Assembly (NCBI GenBank): GCA_034189385.1
Contig: JAXHVD010000010.1
Span: 84,794 to 148,793, forward strand
DNA: 64,000 bases
Direction: 5' to 3'
Origin: Thermodesulfobacteriota bacterium
GTDB lineage: Bacteria; Desulfobacterota; Desulfobacteria; Desulfobacterales; C00003060
Made by a program: the position numbers and the translations under genes. The notes beneath the pieces were generated by a model. That model was not told the DNA's origin. It worked only from the letters and a program-made list of their open reading frames with translations, and searched no databases. Position 1 is the stretch's first letter. Each line of letters opens with the position of its first letter. Below, in pieces: positions 36,839 through 49,000 of the stretch.

Positions 36839-38323
36839 ATGAGCTTATCCAAAAAGACAATAGCCGTTTTTTTGTTGATGGTTCTTTGCATCCTTTTTCT
36901 CTCCCCTCTTGCCCTGTCAAAGGAACAAAAGCACTTTGTGCTTCTCCTTAGAATGATGGACAGGCAACACCGCTGGTTTCGTAAGAACATCATCGCCCCC
37001 TTTGAAAAGAACCATGATGTCCATGTGGCTACGGTGCCTTTTGACAGATTCTGGGATCTTGAAGTTATACTAAGGCTTGAACGAGACAGCAGCAACCATG
37101 CTACCGGTCTCGTAAAGGTCCCTCTTGAAATGACAAGACCCTTGAAAGACTTTATGATTCCCTACGATGACCTTATGGGTAAGGAAGAACTGGAGGTCCT
37201 GAAATCTCAATATGACACCAAAGCACTCGCCATGGGCACCATCAGTCAGAAGCTTTACTACATCCCAAGAAAGCTTGAAACGAGGACGATGATCTATCTT
37301 AAGTCAAAGACAGATGAGGCAGTAAAAGGATGGAAGGCCTTTGAAGCACAAATAGATGGAGCCCTTAAAGACGATAATGGCTGCGGGTTGCCCGCCGGAT
37401 ATGATCTGGAAAAAGATCCCAATCTGTGGGACTACTATGATCTCTTTGTCGTCTCCTATTATTGGGCCCATACACCCTACTACGGCATCAAGATGCCTCG
37501 TATGGCCCATCGGGCCAAGAAATATGGAGGTACCGTGGCCGGGTTGGTGGATCGAATCTACCAGATGGGAGGAAGTCCGAAGGATGTCGTCAACATCTCC
37601 GCCTCGCACGTGGTGGACATGTTTGTATGGGAGGCTGTGTACAAAAAGCACGGACTCTACCATCCCGGTATGTGGCAAGATCCGTGGAGCGGCGGCGGGA
37701 TTTGGAACGCCATGAAGGACGGCAAAGTGTTCCTTGCCATGATGCACCAGCTAGATTCCTTCTTCATTCATGGGGGCACCCATGCCCACATGCAGGGGTA
37801 TCTCGCCAATCCAGACGATATGAGGGTTGCGCTCATGCCCAAAGGAGTGTCCTTTGACCTTGATTCAAAGGGCTCCCCCTTAAGGATAGGCACCAGGAAG
37901 GCAGGAACGGCAGGTTGGTGGTGGGGTATCCCGAAAACGGCTCCCCACCCGTCACTGTCCGTGGCCCTGGCCAACTGGATAACAAACTACGACAATCATT
38001 TGGCCGAATGTGAAATCTTCGGCATGATGCCTATCCGGAAGGATATATTGACAAACTTGCAGGAGGCCTTTCCCAGTGGATGGATGGCCCATGTATTTAA
38101 TGTGTCCATGAGGCAGTTAGAAGTCAACGGAAATACCACCATCCCGTTGTTACTAGAGTATCCCGAGATAGGAAGGGTCTATCTGAATGCATGGTATGAT
38201 ATTGTTGTGGCTGAGGACTATGGAAAAAGAGGAAAAGTGGACAGAGACTATATCAGAAAAAAACTCGACAGAGTCTACGCTCCCCAAGTAAAGGAAGTGC
38301 TGGGAAACAGATATCCCAAATGA
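36839..38323 (+). CDS. carbohydrate ABC transporter substrate-binding protein
   Basis: signal peptide from the ATG at 36839; LYYIP, GWWWGIPK motifs; first gene of a CUT1 operon. Confidence 0.8.
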   Translation: MSLSKKTIAVFLLMVLCILFLSPLALSKEQKHFVLLLRMMDRQHRWFRKNIIAPFEKNHDVHVATVPFDRFWDLEVILRLERDSSNHATGLVKVPLEMTRPLKDFMIPYDDLMGKEELEVLKSQYDTKALAMGTISQKLYYIPRKLETRTMIYLKSKTDEAVKGWKAFEAQIDGALKDDNGCGLPAGYDLEKDPNLWDYYDLFVVSYYWAHTPYYGIKMPRMAHRAKKYGGTVAGLVDRIYQMGGSPKDVVNISASHVVDMFVWEAVYKKHGLYHPGMWQDPWSGGGIWNAMKDGKVFLAMMHQLDSFFIHGGTHAHMQGYLANPDDMRVALMPKGVSFDLDSKGSPLRIGTRKAGTAGWWWGIPKTAPHPSLSVALANWITNYDNHLAECEIFGMMPIRKDILTNLQEAFPSGWMAHVFNVSMRQLEVNGNTTIPLLLEYPEIGRVYLNAWYDIVVAEDYGKRGKVDRDYIRKKLDRVYAPQVKEVLGNRYPK

Positions 38324-39255
38324 CCGCCTATTCGCCCAACCTGCCTACTGTGAGAAACAAAGGGATCATGGTTGCTATAAGAAGAAACATCTTTGGCATG
38401 ATCATCCTTGCCCCGGCAGTGTTGTACCTCTCAGGGTTTTTGCTGATTATTCTATTCAAGGTTGTTCAGTTGGCCTTGACCCACACAGGGCCGCAAGGCG
38501 ACCTTTTCCCCACCGCTCACCACTTCCTGAGGCTTTCAAATAATCCCGAATTCCAGGGAGCCTTCGCACGCACCGTCTGGTTCACTCTGATCGGCACACC
38601 CTTGGAGCTCATCATAGGAATGGCAGCGGCCTTCCTGGTGGTTGGAGAATTCAAAGGAAGAGGGGTTGTGAGAAGTCTCATGATTCTACCACTGGCTATT
38701 CCAAGCATCGTTACGGCAATCATGCTCTACATCATCTTTGATTTTCCAGGAGGCCACGTCAATGATCTTCTCATGGGGCGACACGCTTTTTTCCCATTCC
38801 AGGTCATTTCTCACCCCCTGAACTGGAGGGGGTCTGGCTTTTTTTCCCTTATGGTTGCTATCTTCGGAAAAGTATGGCGGGATATGCCGATCTCCATGCT
38901 GATCATTCTTGCAGGCCTTCAAGCCATAGGCAAAGATCAATATGAGGCCGCAAGAACCTTGGGGGCAAACGCCCTTCAGACCTTTTTCAGGATAACCCTG
39001 CCCCTGCTCACCCCGGCGATGTCAACGGTGCTTGTCTTAAGGTCCATTGAGATCTGGAAAGAATTCATTTTTCCTTTCATATTGGCAGGTAGCTACCCCT
39101 TGCTTGCCACGCTCATAGATCGGGCCTATCATGAATGGAGAAACCCCAACGAGGCCTGTGCCATTGCTTTGATCCTGTTGGTCTTAATCATCATGTCCAC
39201 GGCATTGATCTTTTATGTTCTAAAATGGCTGAGAAGAAGATTGGTAAGGGTATGA
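38320..39255 (+). CDS. carbohydrate ABC transporter permease (MalF-like)
   Basis: LAGLQAI..DQYEAARTLGA EAA loop; ITLPLL. Confidence 0.9.
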   Translation: MTAYSPNLPTVRNKGIMVAIRRNIFGMIILAPAVLYLSGFLLIILFKVVQLALTHTGPQGDLFPTAHHFLRLSNNPEFQGAFARTVWFTLIGTPLELIIGMAAAFLVVGEFKGRGVVRSLMILPLAIPSIVTAIMLYIIFDFPGGHVNDLLMGRHAFFPFQVISHPLNWRGSGFFSLMVAIFGKVWRDMPISMLIILAGLQAIGKDQYEAARTLGANALQTFFRITLPLLTPAMSTVLVLRSIEIWKEFIFPFILAGSYPLLATLIDRAYHEWRNPNEACAIALILLVLIIMSTALIFYVLKWLRRRLVRV

Positions 39256-40103
39256 CATCCATAGGCCTATGGATCGGCGGGATCAGACCCACGAAGGTCA
39301 TCTGGTTTGCCGGCATCGTTATGATGCTATTGATGGTACTGGCGCCTGTATTCGTCATGGTCAAGTACTCCATTAGTGACCGCTCCAGCGTGGTGACTGG
39401 GGGCCTGCCCATCCCCTTGTGGCCCTATCATCCCACTGTAGAACAATTCCAAGGCTTAGCTGCCATGGATACCTTTGTCGTATCGGCCTTTACCAGCGTC
39501 AAGGTGGCACTGCTTTCTGCAGTTATCTCCCTGGTCGTGGGGACCCCCGCAGCCTATGCCCTTGTGCGATTCAGATTCCGAGGCATGATGGTCTTGGCAA
39601 CCCTGCTCATATCCGCTCGTCTCTTTCCGGACATCGTATCCGTCGTTCCCATCGTAGAGACGTTCATACGATTGAGGTTGGTCAACACCCTGTTGGGGGT
39701 AGCCATGGCCCATGCCCTCCTTTCCATGCCCTATGTGATTTTCATCGCCATGGGGGTCTTCGAAACAATCCCGAGGGATTTGGATGAGCAGGCTCAAGTA
39801 TTGGGAGCAAGCAAATGGCACAGCTTCACGAGGGTCATGCTGCCCGTTGCCCTGCCCGGGCTGGCTGCGGCTGCCATTTACGTGTTCCTCCTTTCCTGGG
39901 ACGAATTCATCCTTGCTTATTTTCTCCTGGCCTTTGGAAATGTATCAACACTCCCTGTCCTGCTGCAGAAAGTTCTCTCTTGGACACCCCAGCATAATCT
40001 GCTGGCCGCAATCTCGGTCATGCTCTCTGCCCCTGTTATCCTATTTACTTTCATGGTGCAAAAGTATATGCAAACGGGAGCTACTGCCGGAGCAGTGAAA
40101 TAG
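39252..40103 (+). CDS. carbohydrate ABC transporter permease (MalG-like)
   Basis: IPRDLDEQAQVLGA EAA loop; SWDEF; GATAGAVK terminus. Confidence 0.9.
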   Translation: MTSIGLWIGGIRPTKVIWFAGIVMMLLMVLAPVFVMVKYSISDRSSVVTGGLPIPLWPYHPTVEQFQGLAAMDTFVVSAFTSVKVALLSAVISLVVGTPAAYALVRFRFRGMMVLATLLISARLFPDIVSVVPIVETFIRLRLVNTLLGVAMAHALLSMPYVIFIAMGVFETIPRDLDEQAQVLGASKWHSFTRVMLPVALPGLAAAAIYVFLLSWDEFILAYFLLAFGNVSTLPVLLQKVLSWTPQHNLLAAISVMLSAPVILFTFMVQKYMQTGATAGAVK

Positions 40104-40117
40104 CTGAAGGATTTTAC

Positions 40118-41275
40118 ATGGCAACAGTCAAATTGCGCAGTATAAGTAAGGAGTTCGGGGCTTCTGAAGTCATAAGGAATCTCGACCTGGTAGTAGACCA
40201 TGGTGAATTCGTGACTCTGGTAGGACCATCGGGCTGCGGAAAAACAACGGTCCTTAGAATGGTTGCCGGCCTGGAGGTGATTACTTCAGGGCATCTATAC
40301 ATTGGCCATGTTCTGGCAAACCACATACCCCCAAGGGACAGAGGCGTTTCCATGGTATTTCAGAGTTATGCTCTCTTTCCCCATATGACGGTATCTGAAA
40401 ATATCGCTTTTGGCCTGAAGATCAAAAAGTATGCTCGCAGCGAAATGTTGAAACGCATTGATTGGGCTCTCAACCTGTTAAACCTGCAAGGACTGGAGTC
40501 CAGACTGCCAAGAGATCTCAGTGGCGGCCAGAGACAGCGCGTGGCATTTGCAAGGGCTGTAGTAGTGGAGCCTGAAGTCTTACTGCTCGACGAGCCTCTG
40601 AGTAACCTTGATGCGACATTGAGACTCAAGATGAGGATCGAGCTGAAAAGAATTCATAAGAAACTTGGCGCCACCATTATCTACGTCACACACGACCAGA
40701 TTGAGGCCATGAGTCTGAGTGACCGTGTGGCCATCATGCATGAAGGAAAGCTGGCCCAAGTCGGGACACCCAAGGAAGTGTACAATGCCCCGGGCAATGC
40801 TTTCGTTGCAGGGTTTATAGGAAATCCTGCCATGAATTTCTTCAACGGTAAAATTGTACGCAGGGACGGCGGGCTATTTGTCGACCTTGGCAAATTTGAA
40901 CTATCTATACCTGAAAGCCTTTGCAAAAAATGCCAGAGTCACTTGGCCAGGGAAGTTTCTTTGGGGATACGCCCAGAGCACATCTATGACAAAAGGGCTT
41001 CCAAGATTGAAAGCCTCCCCGGAAACACCATAGAAATGGTTACAGACGTTGTGGAACCATTGGGCGATAGAGATATTGTACAGGTGAACAAAGACGGCAT
41101 CCATGTCACCCTGTTGCTCGACCCAGAGATAGAAACCAAGCCCAACAAGCCTATGACCATTGTATTTGACATGGCAAGGTGCCACATCTTTGACAAGGAA
41201 ACTGAGAAGAGTATTATCTGCACCCCTAGTCATGGAAAAACCTTGGAAGAGCCCCTTCTATCCCCCTTGGAGTGA
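40118..41275 (+). CDS. carbohydrate ABC transporter ATPase (MalK/MsmX-like)
   Basis: GPSGCGKT, VFQSYALFPHM, LSGGQRQR, LLDEPLSNLD, YVTHDQ; TOBE domain. Confidence 0.93.
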   Translation: MATVKLRSISKEFGASEVIRNLDLVVDHGEFVTLVGPSGCGKTTVLRMVAGLEVITSGHLYIGHVLANHIPPRDRGVSMVFQSYALFPHMTVSENIAFGLKIKKYARSEMLKRIDWALNLLNLQGLESRLPRDLSGGQRQRVAFARAVVVEPEVLLLDEPLSNLDATLRLKMRIELKRIHKKLGATIIYVTHDQIEAMSLSDRVAIMHEGKLAQVGTPKEVYNAPGNAFVAGFIGNPAMNFFNGKIVRRDGGLFVDLGKFELSIPESLCKKCQSHLAREVSLGIRPEHIYDKRASKIESLPGNTIEMVTDVVEPLGDRDIVQVNKDGIHVTLLLDPEIETKPNKPMTIVFDMARCHIFDKETEKSIICTPSHGKTLEEPLLSPLE

Positions 41276-43087
41276 TTAGGCTTGGTGATCAGCTTCAAGG
41301 AGCACCTTCAGTTGCGCCCCTTCTATGTTTTCTTCTTTTAGAACAAGGGCAGCGCCCTCATCCAATACCTTCTTGTGCTTTGTGAGGATGCCTTTGGCCA
41401 CCTGATACTGGCCGTCCAAGATGGCCTTAATCTCTCCGTCAATGACCTGGGCCGTCTGCTCGCTATAGTCCTTCTCAGAAGGCATGCCGAAGTTGGCAAA
41501 CTGTCCTTGCCGCTCTTTCTCAAAATAGATGTGACCCAGCTCTTTGCTCATGCCGTATTGCTTGACCATGCTCCGTGCAATGTCCGTGGCCCGGGAAAGG
41601 TCATTGTGGGCCCCGGTGGAAATATCCTGAAACTGGATCTCTTCGGCGGCCCGGCCGCCTAAGGCAACGGCAATCTTATTGAGCAACTCACTTCTGCTCA
41701 TCAAGAAGCGGTCTTCTGTGGGCACCTGGAGCGTATAGCCCAAGGCTGCGACTCCCCTCGGCACAATGGAGATCTTTCGCACAGGATCGGCACCCGGCAA
41801 AGAAAGGGCCACCAGAGCATGACCCACCTCATGGTATGCCACAATCTCTCTCTCCTTTTCATTGATGAGGCGGTTCTTCTTCTCCAGCCCTGCCACGATC
41901 CGCTCAACTGCCGCCTCAAACTCGGCCATCCCCACCTGATCCTTATTGTGACGGACAGCAAGCAGGGCTGCCTCGTTCACGAGGTTGGCCAAGTCGGCCC
42001 CCACAAATCCAGGGGTCATACCGGCAATAGTGCCTACATCCACATCCTTGGCTACCGTGATCCCTTTCATGTGAACCTTTAAAATCTCTTCCCGGCCCTT
42101 CTTATCTGGTCTATCGACCAGAATATGTCTGTCAAACCGACCTGGGCGCAGCAGCGCGGGGTCCAGGATCTCAGGTCTGTTGGTGGCTGCCATAAGGATG
42201 ACGCCCAGGGTTGGGTCAAAACCGTCCATTTCAACGAGAAGCTGATTCAAGGTCTGTTCTCTCTCGTCGTGCCCCCCTGTCACGCCAATACCTCGCGCCT
42301 TGCCCAGGGCATCAAGTTCGTCAACGAATATGATACATGGGGCCTTTTCCTTGGCCTGTGCGAAAAGATCACGCACACGGGCAGCCCCCATCCCCACGAA
42401 GAGCTCCACAAACTCTGATCCGCTCATACTGAAAAAGGGCACACCGCTTTCACCAGCCACAGCCTGTGCCAACAGAGTCTTCCCCGTCCCCGGAGGTCCC
42501 ACCAGTAAGATCCCCTTGGGCAGCTTTCCGCCAAGCCTTGTGAACTTTTCGGGCGACTTGAGAAATTCCACCACCTCAATGAGTTCTTCCTTAGACTCAT
42601 CCACACCGGCTGCATCGTCAAAAGTCACGCCCACCTCGTCTTCCATGTAGACCCTAGCCTTCTTCTTGCCCAAGGTCAGGAAGCTGCCTTGCTGTGCAGC
42701 AAATCGGCGCATCATGAAATACCAGATTCCGAAAAAAAGAAGCAGTGGCAATATCCATGACGCAAGGTTCTTTAAGAAATTGCTTTCAATGACTCCCTTG
42801 AATGCCACATTGTACTTTTCCAAAAGCTCCGATAGATCCGGGTCAACCCGCACGGTAGTAAAAGCCTTTTCCACTTCTTGGCCATTTTCAGCCACTTTCA
42901 TCTTGCCCTGGAGCCGATCCTGTGTGATGGCTACCTCCGTTATCCTTCCTTCTTGAAGGGCCCTGACAAACTCACTGTAGGGCACGCGCTCTATGGCAAA
43001 CATCTGAATGATCAGATTATGGAGGATCAGAACCACCCAAACAGCAATAAGCACATACCAGACGGAAAACTTGTGTTGTTTTTCCAT
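41276..43087 (-). CDS. ftsH: ATP-dependent zinc metalloprotease FtsH
   Basis: two TM segments; [46 protein letters not shown]. Confidence 0.96.
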   Translation of the reverse strand: MEKQHKFSVWYVLIAVWVVLILHNLIIQMFAIERVPYSEFVRALQEGRITEVAITQDRLQGKMKVAENGQEVEKAFTTVRVDPDLSELLEKYNVAFKGVIESNFLKNLASWILPLLLFFGIWYFMMRRFAAQQGSFLTLGKKKARVYMEDEVGVTFDDAAGVDESKEELIEVVEFLKSPEKFTRLGGKLPKGILLVGPPGTGKTLLAQAVAGESGVPFFSMSGSEFVELFVGMGAARVRDLFAQAKEKAPCIIFVDELDALGKARGIGVTGGHDEREQTLNQLLVEMDGFDPTLGVILMAATNRPEILDPALLRPGRFDRHILVDRPDKKGREEILKVHMKGITVAKDVDVGTIAGMTPGFVGADLANLVNEAALLAVRHNKDQVGMAEFEAAVERIVAGLEKKNRLINEKEREIVAYHEVGHALVALSLPGADPVRKISIVPRGVAALGYTLQVPTEDRFLMSRSELLNKIAVALGGRAAEEIQFQDISTGAHNDLSRATDIARSMVKQYGMSKELGHIYFEKERQGQFANFGMPSEKDYSEQTAQVIDGEIKAILDGQYQVAKGILTKHKKVLDEGAALVLKEENIEGAQLKVLLEADHQA

Positions 43088-43111
43088 GGTCTACTCCTTA
43101 AGCGTCAAGTC

Positions 43112-43816
43112 CTAAGAAACCGTCTCAGCGTCCATAAGGCTCAAGGCCTCTTTGGCCAAATCACCCAGGGAACGAGAGAGCAATCTGCCGTCGAGATAGA
43201 TCGAAATCTCCCTGTTCTCCTCTAACAGGCCTTGAACCTGTGGCCGGGCGCCTTGAGCCCTGAGCAGGCCCAATGCCCATGCAGCTAGGCCACGGATAGT
43301 AGCATCTGGAGACCCCAAGGACGTGACGAGGTGTGGAATCGCATCTTGTACCAACTCAGGTCTCGCCTGGGCCACCCTGCCGACCCCCCACACAGCCCCC
43401 CTCTGCAGCGGCTCATATTCTAAAAAATTCCCGTCTTCGTTAACATAAGAAATCAAGATACGCACATATTCCCTTCCAAGTCCTTCATGAGATGCAATAA
43501 TCTCACCCATGGCCTCCGGTACGCCCCAGCCGATGCCGCCGGACTCGTCATTGAGCATCCACATGAAACGGCGCATGATCACCCGGGCCGACTCCATGTT
43601 CTCTTGGGCAAGATGGACCACCACCACACCCATGGCAGTGATGGCCCGCCATCTTATATGCTCATCAGTACTTAGGAGAAATGAGAAGAGCGGGTTGACG
43701 ACCTTGCGGGCTGGATATGTGGTCAATTCCTCAAGAGCTGATTCAAAATCGGCCGATGTGAGTAGCTCAAAGACCCTTTGTTTGAGGGCGCGGCTGCTGT
43801 GCTTTCCCGTTTTCAT
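43112..43816 (-). CDS. HEAT-repeat protein (DVU0298-like)
   Basis: MRRFMWMLNDESGGIGWGVPEAMGE; HEAT-like helical repeats. Confidence 0.75.
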   Translation of the reverse strand: MKTGKHSSRALKQRVFELLTSADFESALEELTTYPARKVVNPLFSFLLSTDEHIRWRAITAMGVVVVHLAQENMESARVIMRRFMWMLNDESGGIGWGVPEAMGEIIASHEGLGREYVRILISYVNEDGNFLEYEPLQRGAVWGVGRVAQARPELVQDAIPHLVTSLGSPDATIRGLAAWALGLLRAQGARPQVQGLLEENREISIYLDGRLLSRSLGDLAKEALSLMDAETVS

Positions 43817-43960
43817 CAGCTCTTTGTCTCTCTTCCTCCACCCTACGCTTCAGGTATTCCCCGTTTCTTGACAATGCGCCCCAAGGGGCAGAATCCGCTG
43901 AAGCTGGACTGCAGGAAATTCAGACCCACAAAAGGAGCAAGAAAATACCAGTGCGGAAAG

Positions 43961-45262
43961 TCAGAAGCTGTAGCGAAGGGCAGCATAGACATTGGTGTTC
44001 TTTTCAAACTGCCCAAAGAAGGTATGAGCTTCATTTCCTGTAAATATATTGGCACCGGCCATGATGAGCCAGCTATCTGTAACCTTGTGACTGATCATAG
44101 GCCTAAGATAAGCGTCCTCATCAGAGGGCGAATAATAGACAAAAAAAGACAGTGTCATGTTCTGGTTAAGGGCCAGCTTGGTGAGTCGGAGGGTGAAAAC
44201 GTGGCGATCCCTGTCGCGGCCCTTCTGACCCGCCTCCAGGCCAGCCTTGTAGTGTCCATAATCTTCCATATATTCTAAGTAGTATTGACATTTAGCCGTG
44301 AAATTCTTTGCCATCTCCCGCTCATAACCGGCAAGGAGTCTCAGTTCACTGTTCGGAACAAAGGGATCGTCACCCCTTTCATCTTCATCAGAAATATAAT
44401 GCCCCGCTTCGAGGTTGACAAGGCCGTCACCAAAAGGACCGCGCAGGCTGGCACCATAGGCCCATAGCTTGGGAAAGGTCCCATGGCCTGTTTGCGGGTC
44501 CATTCCTTTGGGACTCTTCCAGAATCCGTTGTACCCATAAACAGCGACCTCATACCCTGCCACATTTCGATAGATTCTCAGGGCGATTTCGTCGTCTGAC
44601 AACCATTCATCGGGCTTTTCGGCATCCACCACATTATCCCGCCCACTTCTCCTCCCCAGCATGGGGTCCCAAAAGGAAATCCTTTCACCGCTGATATAAC
44701 GGTCTGAGTCAAACCGTGGCGTATAGGCCACATCGATGTTTGCAACGTCTGGGAAAAAGCTGACAAAGACGGCATCTGATGGGGCTTTCAAGTATGTTTC
44801 GTCCCGACCAGCAAAAAAGGACTGCCAGTCCTTGGGAAACAAATCATTAATAAACAACAGGTCGCCAGTACCCCACGTCAGTATCTGGCGCCCGACCTTC
44901 ATATCCATCATCATCCACGGAGAAAACAGGATATTCGCTTCTCTCAAGTCCATCTCGCCTGTGCCCTCTTCCAGATCTATATCCGTATCCTCAGGCACAT
45001 CATCATAGAGAAAATCTGCTCGAATCTGCACTGTTGCCACATCGCTGATTTTGCTCATGTCGACCTGCATTCGAACTTCGGCGAGGCTGGTGTCCCGCTC
45101 ATAGGGATCGTCCTGCGTTCGCATCCCCCCCCGAAGGTCAACAAATCCGTGCACGTTGATCCCCAGCCGTTCGAGAACACGCTCATCCTGGCCCTGGACC
45201 GATTCTATTAGTAGGAAAATCGATAGACATAGGATAATCAACACCAAGGTCTTTGACTGCAT
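43961..45262 (-). CDS. outer-membrane beta-barrel protein (DUF1302-like)
   Basis: signal peptide; GRQILTWG; amphipathic strands; C-terminal LRYSF. Confidence 0.75.
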   Translation of the reverse strand: MQSKTLVLIILCLSIFLLIESVQGQDERVLERLGINVHGFVDLRGGMRTQDDPYERDTSLAEVRMQVDMSKISDVATVQIRADFLYDDVPEDTDIDLEEGTGEMDLREANILFSPWMMMDMKVGRQILTWGTGDLLFINDLFPKDWQSFFAGRDETYLKAPSDAVFVSFFPDVANIDVAYTPRFDSDRYISGERISFWDPMLGRRSGRDNVVDAEKPDEWLSDDEIALRIYRNVAGYEVAVYGYNGFWKSPKGMDPQTGHGTFPKLWAYGASLRGPFGDGLVNLEAGHYISDEDERGDDPFVPNSELRLLAGYEREMAKNFTAKCQYYLEYMEDYGHYKAGLEAGQKGRDRDRHVFTLRLTKLALNQNMTLSFFVYYSPSDEDAYLRPMISHKVTDSWLIMAGANIFTGNEAHTFFGQFEKNTNVYAALRYSF

Positions 45263-45283
45263 TGAGTCGACTCCTTGTGGAAA

Positions 45284-46075
45284 CTATCTTGTCACTTCCC
45301 GCGGCGGACGACGCAAGAACCGTTCTGTGAATATCCTCTCCTTCAAACCTATGTCGTACTTGATGTTGCTGAAGAGATCCTTCGTATGACTTCCAGCCTT
45401 CAGGTCGCTGGCAACGGCTTCCACGACCGTGGGATATCCTTGTATGGTCTCTATCTTCTTTGCCTCAACTCTCCGGTAGAGTTTTCCGTTCTTGTCGTAG
45501 TACTCCGCTTTGACCGGTAAAAAGTTGGCCTTATCAATCCATATCCTGTAATAGGAAAACTCCACAGACTTCGGATCCTTGGGGGTACTCTTGATCACAT
45601 ACTCAGAGTCTTTTACCTCAACCAGGGCATGGTCGTCTTCGTGGATGCCCCGGCCGGAGACGTCTTCATAGAGAAAATCCGAACCCACAAAACTGGTCCG
45701 TTTGTCACCGGGTGCAATGCGTTTCACAAGGTTCAGGGCAGGCAGCCAGAGCCATCGGTCATCGTCTTTGCCGGCGTTCTTCCAAACGAGATAGGCCATT
45801 TTGCGCACATCAGCAGGGGCCTTGAAGTAAACATAGAATTTCTGGTCTTTTCCTTCCACGTTGAGCCGAAGCAAGGAAAACTCTCTTACTCGGGTATCTC
45901 CTCCTTCATCGGTGATGAGCATCTTCACATCTGCGCGTCCGTCTCTGCCTGCATAATAGGCAGCATCGTTCGCTTTTCTGATGATCTCGTCCACCCCTGG
46001 TTCCTGGGCGAAGGCACCCACAGCAATGAATAGAACAAAGATGTTCGCAAGCAACATTGGCATCTTATTCTTCAC
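45284..46075 (-). CDS. LolA-like outer membrane lipoprotein-sorting protein
   Basis: signal peptide; PADVR, DDDRWLWLPAL..VKRI, SFVGSDFLYED, FTERFL. Confidence 0.85.
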   Translation of the reverse strand: MKNKMPMLLANIFVLFIAVGAFAQEPGVDEIIRKANDAAYYAGRDGRADVKMLITDEGGDTRVREFSLLRLNVEGKDQKFYVYFKAPADVRKMAYLVWKNAGKDDDRWLWLPALNLVKRIAPGDKRTSFVGSDFLYEDVSGRGIHEDDHALVEVKDSEYVIKSTPKDPKSVEFSYYRIWIDKANFLPVKAEYYDKNGKLYRRVEAKKIETIQGYPTVVEAVASDLKAGSHTKDLFSNIKYDIGLKERIFTERFLRRPPREVTR

Positions 46076-46090
46076 CGTCTCTCCTTTCCA

Positions 46091-49000
46091 TCAATGCGTC
46101 TGTTTCTCTGTTTTAAAGAGGACCCCCCGGAGCGTTGTGACCAACGCTGGCAGGATAAAAAGGGTCGCACACCATGACACCGCCATAATAGTGGCAAGGA
46201 AAAAGCCTACGGTCTTATAAGGCACCAGGGGTGCCATTAGAAGAGGTGTAAAGCCCACAGAAATCACAATGGCATTCCTGCTAATGGCCATAGCAGGCTC
46301 CTTAAACATCTGAGCGCTGGCGGCCTTCCAGCTACCGAGCGCTTTTTGCGTTTCCCGTGCACGCTCCAGAAAATGAATGGCAAAATCAACACTGAGTCCC
46401 AACGTCAAGGCAGACAGCACGGCAACGGGCATGTCATAGTCTTTTCCAACCAGGCCGATAAGGCCATAGATAAAGGCGATGGTGACACTGAGGGGAATCA
46501 TGCAAAGGAGACCGTAGAGGGGAGACCGGAAGAGCAACATCATCATGACAAGGACCACGATGAAACTGCTTCCCAGGGCCGACAGCATCCCCCTGACCAT
46601 TTTATCTTGCCACACGACATTGAGATAGGTCAGACCCGCCCAATGGGCAGTCAACTTCACCGGAGGAGGATTCTCTGCCATATAGGTCGTCACGTCGGCA
46701 ACCACATCTTCCATGTCCTTGTTGTCGCCGCTCTTGAGTTGGACCCACACATTTGCCTCGCTGTAATCCTTTGTAACCAGGTGAAAGAGGCTATCTTTCT
46801 TTTTCATCCCTTCCAGTTGAGTGAAAACTTGGCCAACTGCGGACACGGAATCCGGAATTGAGAAGTTTCCCAGATTGCGGTTCGCAAAAGCCGCCTTCTC
46901 AGCCTCTGTTGCATCTGAGGGAGGGGAGACATAGCTAAGTTCGTATGAGGCCTTTTTCAAGGCATCCACAGCAGAGGAGGTTTTCCCCACAACAGGGTTC
47001 TTGGTTAAATGATCTTGCAGCTGCTCGATGTATCGGAGAAGAGCAGGCGTCTTGAAAAGCGGGGCTGTGAGCTCCGCTTCCATCTCAAAAACGAATTCTC
47101 TAAAAGAAAGGGCCGTGAACTCATCGCAGATGGCCAGTGCCGTGTCCAAGAGGGCGTACCCCTTCAGGTTGCTTGATGCCTCCAACCGCGACAGCAGTGT
47201 GTTCTTGTCTGATGGCTTCACATCGGCGGCCTTCTCAACGCCCTCGGCCAGTCTCTCATACGTCAGCCCTTCTGGGTCAAGGTAGTTGATGGTGTCTGCA
47301 AGGCGGTACCATGATTGCGTGGCCTCTGCGTCAATGCGTTTGGCTTCATTGACAAGATCAACAAAGCATTTCTTCACATTACTGCTCGATACATTCTGAT
47401 AACGCTGTTTGAGCCCATCTAAGACGCCGATGAACGCGGCAGTCGCCTCCGGGAGTGCCTTTTCGAGGCGCGCCTTGGCTTCCGCGCGTATTTTGGCAGC
47501 CTTTTCCATACAACTGGGCCTCTCGGGCCTGGATTCGGAAAAGGTGAGATAGGCAGTATAGGTGCCACCGAAATGGGCATTGAGAACTGTATCTGCCATT
47601 CGGATGGGATGGTCCGTCGTAAACCACTTCACTGGGTTGTCGTTGACCTGGATCCTTGAGATGCCATAGACAGACACAGCGATGACAAGGACTGTTGCCG
47701 ACAGTACCAGTTTCCAGTGGATATAGCTGAACGAACCCAGCCCTTCCAGGATGCGATTCAGGGAAAGCGTCTTTTCCTTTGTCTTTTGAGGCTGTGTTCC
47801 TAGTCGAGCGAGCGATCTGTCAGGGACTGCCACGATGATGTACGCCGGTATCAGGGTCATAGTAAGCAGCCAGGCCAAGGCAACACCAAAGGCGACATGA
47901 AGGCCGAAGACCTGCACAGGCGGAATGGGGGTGGTGGCCAGGGATGCAAACCCGGCTATGGTGGTGAGGGTCGTGTAGAGCATGGGCATGAAAAGATGGC
48001 CGATGACATGTTGAAGGGTTTTGGCCTTGTCCTTGAACTGCTCATATGTATCGAAAAACTCGCTCAAAATATGCACCGCATCGGCCACGGCGATGGGCAT
48101 GAGGAAAATCGCAATCATGGAGCTCATGATATGCACGTCAAACCCGAGCCCGATCAAAAGGCCCATGGTGCACAGCACGCAGACAACGGCCACAATCATG
48201 GGTGCGATAATCAAGGAGATGCGCCTAAAGAACAGAAGCAGAAGCAGAAATATCGCCAGGCCCGCCATGGGTGCGGAGGTCGCCATCTGGACAAGCATTT
48301 CAACACCAAAGGTGTCTTCGGCCACGGGCAGACCCGTGATGTAGATCTTGTCTTCGCCCTCCCAGTCCTCTGTGAGGGCTCTCACCAGGTTGGCGACATT
48401 GTAACTGTACGTCTTATCAACAATGGGGATGTAAATGCATATGGCCTTTTCATCTTCAGCCACCAAGGTTCCGCTGTAGAGGGGATTGGCCATGGCGTCG
48501 GCCCGGATGGTAAGGGCCTCTTCCCTGGTAGACGGGGGCTCTTCCATGAGGTACTCGAGCTTTAGGGAGCCCAGGTCCGCCTGTTTGATGTTGTCCACCA
48601 CGCTGGGACTGATGATTTCACGAGAGATGATGGCGCTGTGGCCTCTTTCACCAAATAGCCTGTTGGGGTTTTGACGAAAGAAAAAGGCCAGGGCCCGCTT
48701 CCACGGACTCTCGGGAGCCAGATCCAGTACTATTCTTTCTTCTTTGCCTGCTCCTTTCCCGGGAATGATCACTGACGGTTTGCCATCTGCACTGCGACTC
48801 AGGCTCAGCAGCTGACTCGTTAGATCGTAAATCCTTCCCAAGGTTTCAACGTTGAAGACACCGTCAGGGTGTTTTTCGTTCACGATGCCGACGATGACGA
48901 AATCATAAAGCCTGTATTTCTTCTTCACCTCGTGATGCAGTATACGGACATGCTCGTCCTCAGCAAGCATGTTCTCCGGATCGTTATCAAAGTGAGCCTT